A stretch of 64,000 nt of DNA from Muribaculaceae bacterium. Its GTDB lineage: Bacteria; Bacteroidota; Bacteroidia; Bacteroidales; Muribaculaceae. Below are positions 38,619-48,023 of the stretch, one piece after another. A model generated the notes under the pieces. The model had not been told where the DNA came from. It saw only the letters and a list, made by a program, of their open reading frames with translations, and made no database searches. Position 1 is the first letter of the stretch. Each line of letters begins with the position of its first letter. A program made the position numbers and the translations under genes. The stretch is from contig JAIDDJ010000033.1 of assembly GCA_029055345.1 (NCBI GenBank), positions 13,381 through 77,380 on the forward strand, given 5' to 3'.

Positions 38619-39671
38619 ATGAGAAGCATCAAATTTTTATATCCTCGAGTTGTTATCCCTGTAACAGGAGGACATCGATATGAAAAGTCTTTAAGGGACA
38701 CATTGGCTCGTTCCGGTTTTACTGTCGAGACTTTAAGTACTTATAATACAACGGGACGCTTGCCCAAAATTAAAAAATTATTAGCTCCTCTTCTATCTTT
38801 AAAATTTTTAAAGACCCTTGATAAGCAAAATGATATAGTAGTCCTCAACAGCACCACGGGATTGTATTATATATTGCTTTCTTTTATTCTCAAACTAAAA
38901 AGGATTCCCACGGTCATTATTCATCATCATTATTTGTATAAGGAATTTAAAGGATTCAAACAAAAAGTATACCATTGCGTAGAGAATCTTTTTCTCAAGT
39001 CCGCGGCTAACATCTTAACGCCGAGTCCATATATCAAGGATCTAATAAACCAAGAGATTAATAGAGATTCATTGCTGTTGCCCATCCCTTTTGAAAGGCT
39101 TGTAATAGGGCAGGAGCGTTCAGTGGAGAAAGGTCGTCTTCTTTACATCGGAACCATCGAACCTCGTAAAGGCTTGGATTTACTGATTACTGCTCTTAAT
39201 CTTACGGAGAAGCCGCAAGATTACGAACTCCATATTGTTGGTAAAACAAGAATGCCGGAGTATAAGAAATATATTGATTCCCTAATTAACGATTATCAGC
39301 TTAATGTGATTTTCCACGGCTTCCTTTCAGATGAAGATTTGAATGAGCTGATTCAGACATCAGACGTTTTCGTTTTTCCATCTCTGTTGGAGGGTTTCGG
39401 AATGGCGATTAATGAAGTGAAATTCTATGGTTTGCCAGTTATATGCTTTAATAATTCGGCTATGCCATATTCTACAACTGATGGCTACGATGGTTTTCTT
39501 GTAAAAAACAAAGATATTGAGGGCTTTGCCAAAGCTATAGATAAATTAGTCCAAGATAGAACTACAAGAGCTTCAATGAGCCACAATGCGATAGTCAAAG
39601 CCAATGCTCTTTATTCTTTTGAGAACTTCAATAACGATTCTGTTTCCTTATTTTCAAATATCGGAAAATGA
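38619..39671 (+). CDS. Glycosyltransferase family 4
   Basis: IGTIEPRKG, FVFPSLLEGFGMAINE; visibly AT-rich. Confidence 0.9.
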   Translation: MRSIKFLYPRVVIPVTGGHRYEKSLRDTLARSGFTVETLSTYNTTGRLPKIKKLLAPLLSLKFLKTLDKQNDIVVLNSTTGLYYILLSFILKLKRIPTVIIHHHYLYKEFKGFKQKVYHCVENLFLKSAANILTPSPYIKDLINQEINRDSLLLPIPFERLVIGQERSVEKGRLLYIGTIEPRKGLDLLITALNLTEKPQDYELHIVGKTRMPEYKKYIDSLINDYQLNVIFHGFLSDEDLNELIQTSDVFVFPSLLEGFGMAINEVKFYGLPVICFNNSAMPYSTTDGYDGFLVKNKDIEGFAKAIDKLVQDRTTRASMSHNAIVKANALYSFENFNNDSVSLFSNIGK

Positions 39672-40783
39672 AAGAAGATAAGAAGAAGCTAAATATATTA
39701 TTTGTTTGTCCGACGTTATCAAACGGAGGTGCCGAAAGAGTATGTGTAAGTTGGGCTAATGGTCTGAGTGCGAGAGGCCATAATGTTGATATTTTAATAA
39801 AGCCGGGTGCCGGAATTACTTATCAGCCCGATGAGCGAGTTAAGGTTATTAATCTTCCTCGCTTTGCATGCTCTCTTTTAAATCGGATTCCGTTGCTTTC
39901 GGATACTCTCAGATTAAGAAAACTTTTAAAAAAGGGAAAATATGATGTAGTGGTTGAAGTCTTGTTTTATCTTTATTTCCCAATTAGGCTTGCTACATGG
40001 ATGATAAAACCTGCGATTCCGGCAGTTTTTACTTCCCATGATGCAATGGAACGACCAAGTAATATCAGACATCCCTTTAAGTTTATTTTAATTAAATTTT
40101 TCGCTAATAGATTTTATAATCATATCACTGTCTTGACCCATAGGGATTGGCAAATACTGAAGTCCAAAGGATTTTCACATGTTTCCGTTCTCCATAATCC
40201 TCTTTTTCTGAAATCTAAAAAAATTGATCCTTCAGAAAAAAAGAATTTGGTTCTGAGTGTTGGCCGTATAGATGCCTGGTTCTATAAAGGGTTCGACATC
40301 TTAATTAAGGCTTGGAATATTTTGTATCCGGATTTCCCCGATTGGAAACTTCAGATTGTCGGTAATTCATCCGATACTTCGCTCAAATATTTGAAATCTT
40401 TAATTTTAGATAAAGATAGCGTAGAATTTGTGCCTTTTACTAATTCAATTGAGGATAATTACAAGGAAGCATCAATTTATTGTTTGTCAAGCCGTTATGA
40501 AGGATGGGGATTGGTGATTCCAGAAGCGATGTCAAGAGGTTGTGCTGTGGTGGCTTGTGATTTTAAGGGCAGACAAGCGGAAATAATAAATGATGGAATA
40601 AACGGTTTGCTGTGTGAACCCCAAAACGTTAATGAATTGGTTCTCAAACTTAAGACTCTTATGTCAAATGATGAGTTAAGAAGAGCAATTCAAACTTCCG
40701 CTCCAATGTCGTTAGACAATTTTAAAGAAGAAGTTGTTTCTCAAAAATTAGAAAGTATTTTGACAAAGGTTTGTAGAACTTGA
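39668..40783 (+). CDS. Glycosyltransferase family 4
   Basis: GGAERV, VGR..KGFD, SSRYEGWGLVIPEAM; visibly AT-rich. Confidence 0.92.
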   Translation: MKEDKKKLNILFVCPTLSNGGAERVCVSWANGLSARGHNVDILIKPGAGITYQPDERVKVINLPRFACSLLNRIPLLSDTLRLRKLLKKGKYDVVVEVLFYLYFPIRLATWMIKPAIPAVFTSHDAMERPSNIRHPFKFILIKFFANRFYNHITVLTHRDWQILKSKGFSHVSVLHNPLFLKSKKIDPSEKKNLVLSVGRIDAWFYKGFDILIKAWNILYPDFPDWKLQIVGNSSDTSLKYLKSLILDKDSVEFVPFTNSIEDNYKEASIYCLSSRYEGWGLVIPEAMSRGCAVVACDFKGRQAEIINDGINGLLCEPQNVNELVLKLKTLMSNDELRRAIQTSAPMSLDNFKEEVVSQKLESILTKVCRT

Positions 40784-40852
40784 TTTTGTGTGCTGATAAG
40801 AAACACACTCTATGCCCCTTCCTGTAAAAATGAAGTCTAACCCCTCACATTT

Positions 40853-43312
40853 TCAGCTGGGGTCTACGTCATAATATATCTGTGTCGATTTTATATCGGG
40901 CCAGGAGGCGCATTGTTCGTATATCTGCCGGAGAATAGTCTTGACTTTTTTCATTGAAGCGTTCGCTTCGATTTTAAGCATGATTGACTGTATGTACCAT
41001 AAGGCAATTCTGCTTACAAAAGGCTTTTCCGGACCAAGAACCCGTGAACCGAACACTTCTCTGAGTTTTTTAGCATAGATTACTGCGGCTCTGTCGGCTG
41101 TTGCTGCATCTTTGTTGCGTAGGTAAATATTGATTACTTTAGTGAAGGGAGGAAAATGAAATTTTTCTCTTTCTTTTATTTCCTCGTTAAAATACCCCGC
41201 ATAGTCATGCGCTTTCACGTATTGGAGAACAGGGTTGTCGGGAGTAGTGGTCTGAATAAGGACCAATCCCTTTTCACTGCGTCGTCCGGCACGCCCGGCA
41301 ACTTGCTCGAGCATATTGAATGCTCGCTCATTACTTCGGAAATCAGGAAAGTTCAACAGTGTATCGGCATTCAGCACCCCGGCGAGAGCCACGTCGTTGA
41401 AATCCAGACCCTTACTCACCATTTGGGTTCCAACGAGTATATCAGTGTCATGGCGGGCAAACTCCTCGATTATTTCCTGATGAGCTTCCTTATTACGAGT
41501 GGTATCAAGGTCCATCCTCGCTATTCGCGCTTCACTGAATTGTTGATGCACTTCTTCCGCTATTCGCTCGGTTCCATATCCGAATGTTTCTATACTGTTT
41601 TGCCCGCAAGCCGGGCATAATTGGGGCAATGGACGTGTAAAACCGCAGTAATGACATTTCAGCAACTCAGAATTTTTGTGGAAAACGAGTGACACATCGC
41701 AGTTCTCGCATTTTGGAGTCCATCCGCATTCTTTACATACCACTATGGGGGCGAATCCACGTCGGTTCTGAAATAAAATGGATTGTTTTCCTGAATTGAG
41801 AGTCGAACGTAGATTTGACTTCAGTGGTGCAGATAATATTCCGGAATTTAGCTTTTTCTTTCTTTGCTCCCGCATATCGATTATTTCCACATCCGGCAAA
41901 ACTGATCCGTTATAGCGTTCCTCCATCGTGACGAGTCCGAATTTGCCGCTCTGAGCCTTATAATAAGTCTCTATGGATGGGGTGGCTGACCCAAGTAAGG
42001 TTTTAGCTCCATGCATTTGGGCAAGCACCATTGCTGTGTCCCGGGCATTATAGCGGGGAGCCGGATCATATTGTTTGAAACTCGATTCGTGCTCTTCATC
42101 CACGATCACGAGCCCGAGACTGGCATAAGGCAAAAATACTGAGGAACGTGCCCCTAAAACGACCAAAGGTTCATTGCTCGTCAAAAGTCGGTTCCAGATA
42201 TCAACACGTTCGTTATCACTGAATTTAGAGTGATACACTAATAATCGATCGCCAAATACTTTTCTGAGTCTGTCAGTTAATTGAGTAGTAAGCGAAATTT
42301 CCGGAACAAGATATAGCACTTGTCTTCCGGCGTCCAGTATCTCTTGAATTATATGGGTGTAGATTTCAGTCTTACCGCTTCCTGTCACTCCGTGAAGCAG
42401 AACTGTGTCTTGGTTTCTATAGCAATCTTTTATTTTATCTAAAACTCGATTTTGAGTTTTTGAAAGTAATGCAGGCTCATTCACCTTTATTCCCCGGGGA
42501 TTATATCGGTTAATGATTTTCTTTACTGATCTAAAGATTCCTTTATCAATCATCGCGCGCAATATGCCGGGAGATATGCCAGCCGTTTTTAGCAGCAACT
42601 CCTTGCTTACTTCTTTAAGTTGAACACCCGGCTGTATCCAACAGGACAAGTCAAGGAAAGCTACCAAAGCTTTTTCCTGCTGTCGTGAGCGACGCGTCCG
42701 ATCGAAAAATTCATGTAACGAATCATGGTCGTCTCGCGCAATGGTAAGTTCTATATAAGTTTCAGCGTGAGGTCTGTATTTCTCTATAACTTTCTCATCT
42801 ATGTTGACCAGACCCTCTTCAAGCAGACGGGAAACGACCCCCGGAGTATTTTTAAGTTTTAATTCCTTGTCTATGTCAGATAAACGAAGCTTTTTCTTTT
42901 CCTCCATGAGCATCATAACCATGATTTCTCTCTCTGATAACTTGACACCCTCCGGAATTTCAAAGTCTTCGTTAAGGGATACGAAAGTTTCGCTCTCCAA
43001 TTTTAGTCCTGTAGGGAGCGCTGTTTTATACACTTCTCCCACTGTGCATAAATAATACTCTGCAATCCAGTTCCATAATTTCAACTGGGGATATCTTACG
43101 ATTGGCTCCGAATCAAGCAATGCCATGATGGGCTTGACTTCAAAACCGACTGGCTCACTATGTAGGCGTTCTACAATTCCTGTATAGTATTTCTTCCTGC
43201 CAAATTGCACCATGACACGCGACCCTATCTGTATCTGATCTTCCATTTCTTTAGGAATGGAATATGAAAAAGTCCCGTAAATGGGGAGAGGAACTATTAT
43301 TTCAGCTATCAT
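40853..43312 (-). CDS. priA: Primosomal protein N' (replication restart helicase)
   Basis: GVTGSGKT, DEEH, four CxxC zinc motifs, QVAGRAGR, DVDP. Confidence 0.97.
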   Translation of the reverse strand: MIAEIIVPLPIYGTFSYSIPKEMEDQIQIGSRVMVQFGRKKYYTGIVERLHSEPVGFEVKPIMALLDSEPIVRYPQLKLWNWIAEYYLCTVGEVYKTALPTGLKLESETFVSLNEDFEIPEGVKLSEREIMVMMLMEEKKKLRLSDIDKELKLKNTPGVVSRLLEEGLVNIDEKVIEKYRPHAETYIELTIARDDHDSLHEFFDRTRRSRQQEKALVAFLDLSCWIQPGVQLKEVSKELLLKTAGISPGILRAMIDKGIFRSVKKIINRYNPRGIKVNEPALLSKTQNRVLDKIKDCYRNQDTVLLHGVTGSGKTEIYTHIIQEILDAGRQVLYLVPEISLTTQLTDRLRKVFGDRLLVYHSKFSDNERVDIWNRLLTSNEPLVVLGARSSVFLPYASLGLVIVDEEHESSFKQYDPAPRYNARDTAMVLAQMHGAKTLLGSATPSIETYYKAQSGKFGLVTMEERYNGSVLPDVEIIDMREQRKKKLNSGILSAPLKSNLRSTLNSGKQSILFQNRRGFAPIVVCKECGWTPKCENCDVSLVFHKNSELLKCHYCGFTRPLPQLCPACGQNSIETFGYGTERIAEEVHQQFSEARIARMDLDTTRNKEAHQEIIEEFARHDTDILVGTQMVSKGLDFNDVALAGVLNADTLLNFPDFRSNERAFNMLEQVAGRAGRRSEKGLVLIQTTTPDNPVLQYVKAHDYAGYFNEEIKEREKFHFPPFTKVINIYLRNKDAATADRAAVIYAKKLREVFGSRVLGPEKPFVSRIALWYIQSIMLKIEANASMKKVKTILRQIYEQCASWPDIKSTQIYYDVDPS

Positions 43313-43690
43313 TCTTTTAAAAATCCATATTGAGACATCAGCCCCAATTTTTCTACAAAAATACGAAAGCTTTCACTCAAATCCAACTTTTGGCATTCTT
43401 TCATCATGTTTTTTATTTGGAAATGGATTTAGTATTGTGATGCGTTTTGTGTGTATGATGCATTCTTATCAATTTCATAAATAATGAATAAAATTTGTTT
43501 TGATACAATTCTTTTAGTAATTTTGAAGTGGAAAAGAAAATATATTATTATTATGCAGGCAGTCATAAATAATAAATATTCGGATTAATTAGAATGTTAT
43601 ACGACATATAACGGGTCAGATTTGACTAAAATTGAAAGAGCAAAGTGTGTAAAAGTTTGTTTAATGTCTTACACTGAATAGATTACCCAG

Positions 43691-44584
43691 ATGGATTATA
43701 AAAAATATATAAAGAATCAGAAAGCGAGATTTTTTATTTTGAAGATGCTTTCTTTTATACCCGATAAGATAATGCTTGGTTGGCAGTACAGAATTAAAAC
43801 GGGTAGAAAGATTGATTGGAAAGAGCCCAAAAGGTTTACGGAGTTTTTACAATTATATAAGATTAAATACCGGAATAAAGTTGCTCAAAGATGTGTGGAT
43901 AAACTTGAGGTGAGACAATATGTTGAATCCAAAGGACTGGGTGAAATCTTGACAGGATTATTAGGGGTATATAAAAATGCCGAAGATATAGATTTCAATG
44001 CTTTACCCGATAAATTTATAATAAAGACCACCAATGGAAGCGGAGGAGAAAATCTCTTGATAAGTAGAAATAAGAAAGAATTCGATACGCGTGATGCTAT
44101 TAAAAAATTAAATGGGTGGCTCAAACTTAAAACCGTGAACGTGGGGAGGGAATGGGCTTATGATGGCATTAAAGAACCCAAAATCATTATTGAGGACCTA
44201 TTGGAAGATTCTGATAATTCTGAAGGAGAGATAGATGACTATAAGATTCTTTGTTTCAATGGCGAGCCTAAAGTGATTATTTACGATTGTGACCGTTTTA
44301 TAGGTCATAAACGTAATTTTTATGACACAGATTGGAATTTGTTGGATGTATCAAGTGATTGTCCCAATAAACCACAGATGATTCCCGCCCCTACTAATTT
44401 GGACAAAATGATTTCCATAGCAAAAATCCTTTCTGAAGATTTCCCTTTTGTCAGGGTAGATTTATACAATATCAGGGGTAAGATATATTTTGGTGAACTT
44501 ACCTTTTATCCGTGGAGCGGATATGTGAATTTTTTGCCTGATTCCTTTGACTTTGAGTTGGGGGACCTATGCCCTCGGATTTGA
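43691..44584 (+). CDS. TupA-like ATP-grasp amidoligase (polysaccharide modification)
   Basis: DKLEVR, FIIKTTNGSG, DYKILCFNG, FVRVDLY, FGELTFYP. Confidence 0.88.
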   Translation: MDYKKYIKNQKARFFILKMLSFIPDKIMLGWQYRIKTGRKIDWKEPKRFTEFLQLYKIKYRNKVAQRCVDKLEVRQYVESKGLGEILTGLLGVYKNAEDIDFNALPDKFIIKTTNGSGGENLLISRNKKEFDTRDAIKKLNGWLKLKTVNVGREWAYDGIKEPKIIIEDLLEDSDNSEGEIDDYKILCFNGEPKVIIYDCDRFIGHKRNFYDTDWNLLDVSSDCPNKPQMIPAPTNLDKMISIAKILSEDFPFVRVDLYNIRGKIYFGELTFYPWSGYVNFLPDSFDFELGDLCPRI

Positions 44585-44589
44585 GGTTG

Positions 44590-44685
44590 ATGAGTTACTG
44601 CCCATAGGCATCTCTTTCAGATATGAAAGAAAATACCTTAGAAATCCATTTCCCTGAGATTAAGAAATTTTAGTGAAAGGTGCTA
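44590..44685 (-). mobile_element. Truncated copy of the structured MITE-like repeat
   Basis: Reverse complement TAGCACCTTTCACTAAAATTTCTTAATCTCAGGG..GGATTTCTAAGGTATTTTCTTTCAT..GAGATGCCTATGGGCAGTAACT aligns by eye with 47079-47173. Confidence 0.7.
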
Positions 44686-44756
44686 ATTCATATCGGTATA
44701 TAAGGATAATTAAAGATTTTTTCTTAATTTTGCAGAGAACAATAAATAATAGCGTT

Positions 44757-45356
44757 ATGAAAAAGACAAAAATTATTGCATTAACCCTTCTCGTGGCCCT
44801 TTTCACCGGCTTTTCAGCTCAGGCAAAATCAGGTTTCAGCTTTGGCCCGAAACTTGGTGTAAATATTAATAAACTCAGTATATCCATGGATGGCCTTAAT
44901 TCGGATAACCGTTGCGGTTTCACCGGAGGTCTTACTGCAGAATTCATCGCTCCTGTGTTCGGAGTCGGTGCGGATATTTCAATCATGTATGCCTATATGA
45001 TAAGTGAAGTTGGCGGCCAAACCATAAAAGGAAATTTCTTCGAGATTCCTCTTCACATCAAATATAAACTCAGTCTTCCTGCAATTGAATCAATTATTTC
45101 TCCATATATCTTTACCGGACCGAGTGTAGCTTTCAAAATCAATAGCGGAAATAATTTCGGTGAAACAAAAGCTACTCAATGGGGTTGGGATCTGGGTCTC
45201 GGCGTTGAGCTGATCAAGCATCTCCAGATTGGTGCCGGCTATACATTCGGTATCAATAATATCATGCCGTTTGTGCCTATGGAAACCGGTGCTATTTCCG
45301 ATGATATTAAGGTAAAGAACAATTACTGGACCGTTACAGCGGCTTGGATGTTCTGA
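44757..45356 (+). CDS. Small outer-membrane beta-barrel (porin/PorT-like family)
   Basis: Signal peptide; FGPKLGVN, EIPLH, terminal WMF. Confidence 0.85.
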   Translation: MKKTKIIALTLLVALFTGFSAQAKSGFSFGPKLGVNINKLSISMDGLNSDNRCGFTGGLTAEFIAPVFGVGADISIMYAYMISEVGGQTIKGNFFEIPLHIKYKLSLPAIESIISPYIFTGPSVAFKINSGNNFGETKATQWGWDLGLGVELIKHLQIGAGYTFGINNIMPFVPMETGAISDDIKVKNNYWTVTAAWMF

Positions 45357-45366
45357 TTTATCACGT

Positions 45367-45975
45367 ATGAAAAGACTTTTTATAATCATTTCGATTTTGG
45401 CCGTGGCTCTTGGAGCTTCGGCCAAATTCCGTGTTGGCCCCACCGCCGGTGTTAATTTCGACAAATATTCCTGGAGTCAGGATCTTATTAGCACGGATAT
45501 GCGTGTGGGATATAGCGTAGGTGCGTTATGCGAAGTAATGATTCCCGGTATTGGTTTTGGAATTGATTTCGGCCTCAAATATGTGAATCGAGGAGGAAAG
45601 TGTGGTTTCGGTGAGCAATTCGTTTGGTCTTCAGATGGTATTACCGATACCGATCTGCGCCTCCATACAATCCAGATTCCCCTTAATCTCCGTTTCAAAT
45701 GGACACGTATGGATGGATTCGAGAATTATCTCGCACCTTTCGCATATGCCGGTCCACAGTTCAATTTCAATGTCGCTAATTCCAGTTGCCCGGCGGTCAA
45801 TCGTTATAAGGCAGCTGTGGGTTTGGCAGTTGGTATCGGTGTAGAAATATATAAGCGTTATCAGCTTTCAGGCGGTTACGTCTGGGATGTTACTGATGAC
45901 GTGGAAACTTATAAACTTGATAATTTCACCGCGACGCTTTCCGGATGGATGATAGATTTCGCGGTTTTGTTTTAA
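45367..45975 (+). CDS. Small outer-membrane beta-barrel (porin/PorT-like family), second copy
   Basis: Signal peptide; VGPTAGVN, QIPLN, terminal VLF. Confidence 0.85.
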   Translation: MKRLFIIISILAVALGASAKFRVGPTAGVNFDKYSWSQDLISTDMRVGYSVGALCEVMIPGIGFGIDFGLKYVNRGGKCGFGEQFVWSSDGITDTDLRLHTIQIPLNLRFKWTRMDGFENYLAPFAYAGPQFNFNVANSSCPAVNRYKAAVGLAVGIGVEIYKRYQLSGGYVWDVTDDVETYKLDNFTATLSGWMIDFAVLF

Positions 45976-45980
45976 GCATT

Positions 45981-46343
45981 ATGAGTGATGAGATGAAAGC
46001 GGCGAATCCGCAGGATGAATCTGCCCGCACTGATGAGGAGCAAATTATTGCTAAGACTATCGAGAACCTTAAGACTGTTTTCGATCCGGAAATTCCGGTT
46101 GATATTTATTCGTTGGGTCTGGTCTATAAAATTGATTACACGCAGGAAGACAAGACTCTGCATGTGGATATGACTCTTACAGCACCATCTTGTCCGGCAG
46201 CTGATTTTATCCTTGAGGATGTGCGTCAGAAACTGGTGAGTATTCCCGGTCCGGAGAAAGTAGATCTGCGCCTTGTTTTCGAACCTGAATGGAATCAGGA
46301 TATGATGTCGGAAGAGGCGAAACTGGAATTAGGTTTCTTATGA
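45981..46343 (+). CDS. DUF59 / SufT-like Fe-S cluster assembly protein
   Basis: DPEIPVDIYSLGL, MTLTAPSCP, WNQDMMSEEAKLELG. Confidence 0.9.
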   Translation: MSDEMKAANPQDESARTDEEQIIAKTIENLKTVFDPEIPVDIYSLGLVYKIDYTQEDKTLHVDMTLTAPSCPAADFILEDVRQKLVSIPGPEKVDLRLVFEPEWNQDMMSEEAKLELGFL

Positions 46344-47080
46344 TTGCCTATTTCTTAAGTGATCTTCATCTCGGCGCCCCTTATTTCCCCGATTCAAAGG
46401 CATCCGAGAAAAGGGTGGTGGATTTTCTTGACAGTATAAAGAAGGATGCCGATGCTATTTTTCTGGTAGGCGATATCCTTGATTATTGGTATGAATACCG
46501 CTATGTCGTTCCGCGAGGGTTCGTTCGGTTCTTTGGAAAGCTTGCTGAGCTTGCCGACAATGGCATTCGAATCGTATGGTATATCGGAAACCATGATATT
46601 TGGATATTCGACTATCTACCGAATGAACTTGGTATAGAGGTCATAGATGGTTATTCAATAGAGAACCTTGATGGCCATAAATTCCTTATCACCCATGGGG
46701 ATGGTATCGGCAGACTCAAAGGATCGTTCAAGTTGCTGAGAAAGGTTTTCAGGAATAGAACTTGTCAAAAATTATTTTCAGCGATTCATCCTCGATGGAC
46801 CGTACCTTTTGCATATAACTGGAGCCGCCATTCCCGCAAGATTGAGGGGCCTTCAGCTAAAGATGCGGAGAGGATGATGAATAATATTACAGAATTCAGC
46901 ACTCAATATCTTTCCGAACATCCCGATATAGAATACTTCATATATGGTCATCTTCACCTGTTCGAGAGGGTAGAACTATCGGAGAAAGCCACGATGGTAG
47001 TTCTCGGAGAATGGATTTCAAGATGCTCCTATGCTAAGTGGGATGGTTCGAGGCTTGCTCTCCATCAGCTGCAAAATTAA
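46340..47080 (+). CDS. lpxH: UDP-2,3-diacylglucosamine diphosphatase
   Basis: SDLHLG, GDILD, GNHD, HGDG, GHLH. Confidence 0.88.
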   Translation: MIAYFLSDLHLGAPYFPDSKASEKRVVDFLDSIKKDADAIFLVGDILDYWYEYRYVVPRGFVRFFGKLAELADNGIRIVWYIGNHDIWIFDYLPNELGIEVIDGYSIENLDGHKFLITHGDGIGRLKGSFKLLRKVFRNRTCQKLFSAIHPRWTVPFAYNWSRHSRKIEGPSAKDAERMMNNITEFSTQYLSEHPDIEYFIYGHLHLFERVELSEKATMVVLGEWISRCSYAKWDGSRLALHQLQN

Positions 47081-47230
47081 GGCTCCATCCACTAAAATTT
47101 CTTAATGCCAGGGCGGCGGATTTTTAGGGTATATTCTTCCATCTTTGAAGGAGCAGCCTTTCGGCTGTGACTGAAAAGATGGAAGAAAAGACCCAAAAAG
47201 ACGCCGGGCAAAAGGTAATTTTCTTACCGG
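47079..47230 (+). mobile_element. Structured MITE-like repeat, copy A
   Basis: End AGGCTCCATCCACTAAAATTTCTTAATGCCAGGG followed by a long hairpin (CGGCG..TTCTTCCATCTTT..GAGCAGCC tttc GGCTGTGACT..AAAGATGGAAGAA..CGCCG); begins at the lpxH TAA. Confidence 0.75.
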
Positions 47231-47285
47231 ATTAATCAGCTTTTAAAGTACGGATATAACCTCAGTGGGCGTGTATTGACTGTTA

Positions 47286-47531
47286 CAGGCCCCATTATTT
47301 TGCTATTTTTCTTGGCCGATACGCTATGGCCGGAAGTATCTGAGATAAATGCCATCATGCACGTATGAGCCATGTGAACTGCTCTATGAAGATACTTCTC
47401 ATAATTTCTGAGCATCCTCCGCGTTGCGGTAAACCATGCAATGGTTCTTTCCACGACCCCATCGTCCGTCAACAGGTATAAATACCGATGTTCCGAAATT
47501 GGATTTCACCGTCTCAATTGTCAGGCCGGTA
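47286..47531 (-). pseudogene. IS5-family transposase C-terminal relic with a frameshift and its terminal repeat
   Basis: TIETVKS..FIPVDGRW / +1 shift / VVERTIAWF..RRMLRNYEK matches the IS5-type RWVVERTFAW..RRL..DYE tail; element end AGGCCCCATTA near 47287. Confidence 0.8.
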
Positions 47532-47532
47532 T

Positions 47533-47779
47533 TAGACCTCATTCAATAAAATATGTTAATGCCAGAGCCGGACGGATGGTAACTTAAAAACATTTGATTA
47601 AGGGATTTATTTAAATATTAAAATTTAATGATAATTAGAAATACCTTATTCTCGCAGCTGCACCTCGTCTATCGCTTTTGGATTCAGTTACATAGCCCGC
47701 TATGCTCCTGAATCTGCAAAGCGATATCCGAGGCACATCTGCGACCCTGGAATTAAGAAATTTTAGTGGATGGAGCCTA
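47533..47779. mobile_element. Complete ~245-bp MITE-like element (copy B) with imperfect terminal inverted repeats, flanked by TA
   Basis: Left TAGACCTCATTCAATAAAATATGTTAATGCCAGAG; right (reverse complement) TAGGCTCCATCCACTAAAATTTCTTAATTCCAGGG; internal hairpin GAGCATAGC gg GCTATGTAACT on the minus strand. Confidence 0.7.
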
Positions 47780-47855
47780 CGACCCAGTTCCCTAATATTG
47801 GGGAAGCGGGTATAAGTTAAGACAGATGAAGATAATCCAGTGGGGAAGCTAAAAA

Positions 47856-47871
47856 TATGTTTAACAACATG
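47856..47871 (+). promoter_or_regulatory. Cur/BT4338-like operator
   Basis: TATGTTTAACAACATG, the same palindrome and flanks as 9101-9116. Confidence 0.65.
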
Positions 47872-47895
47872 TTTTTGATTTTTGTTATGAAATTA

Positions 47896-47927
47896 TTTGC
47901 TCACCTCATAGAAAACTTCTACCTTTG
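47896..47927 (+). promoter_or_regulatory. Consensus Bacteroidota promoter
   Basis: TTTG-N20-TACCTTTG. Confidence 0.8.
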
Positions 47928-47932
47928 CAGTG

Positions 47933-48018
47933 ACCTAAAAAACAATCTTTTTTACCTTAAGATTTTTTACCTGTAGAAACTTATAAAGGGCATGACCGTG
48001 ATGGCCGTGCCCTTTGTG
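47933..48018 (+). ncRNA. Candidate ~85-nt small regulatory RNA
   Basis: Lies between the promoter above and terminator AAAGGGCATGACC-gtgat-GGCCGTGCCCTTT; no ORF; two TTTTTTACCT repeats; start site approximate. Confidence 0.65.
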
Positions 48019-48023
48019 AATTA

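Noticed and set aside
43593-43608. Third Cur-like box AATGTTATACGACATA upstream of the ATP-grasp gene
   Set aside because: The palindrome core is broken, the context is very AT-rich and it lies downstream of the -7 box; too weak to call.
47236-47472. 78-aa ORF as a functional gene
   Set aside because: It is the out-of-frame tail of a truncated IS5 transposase and is recorded as a pseudogene.
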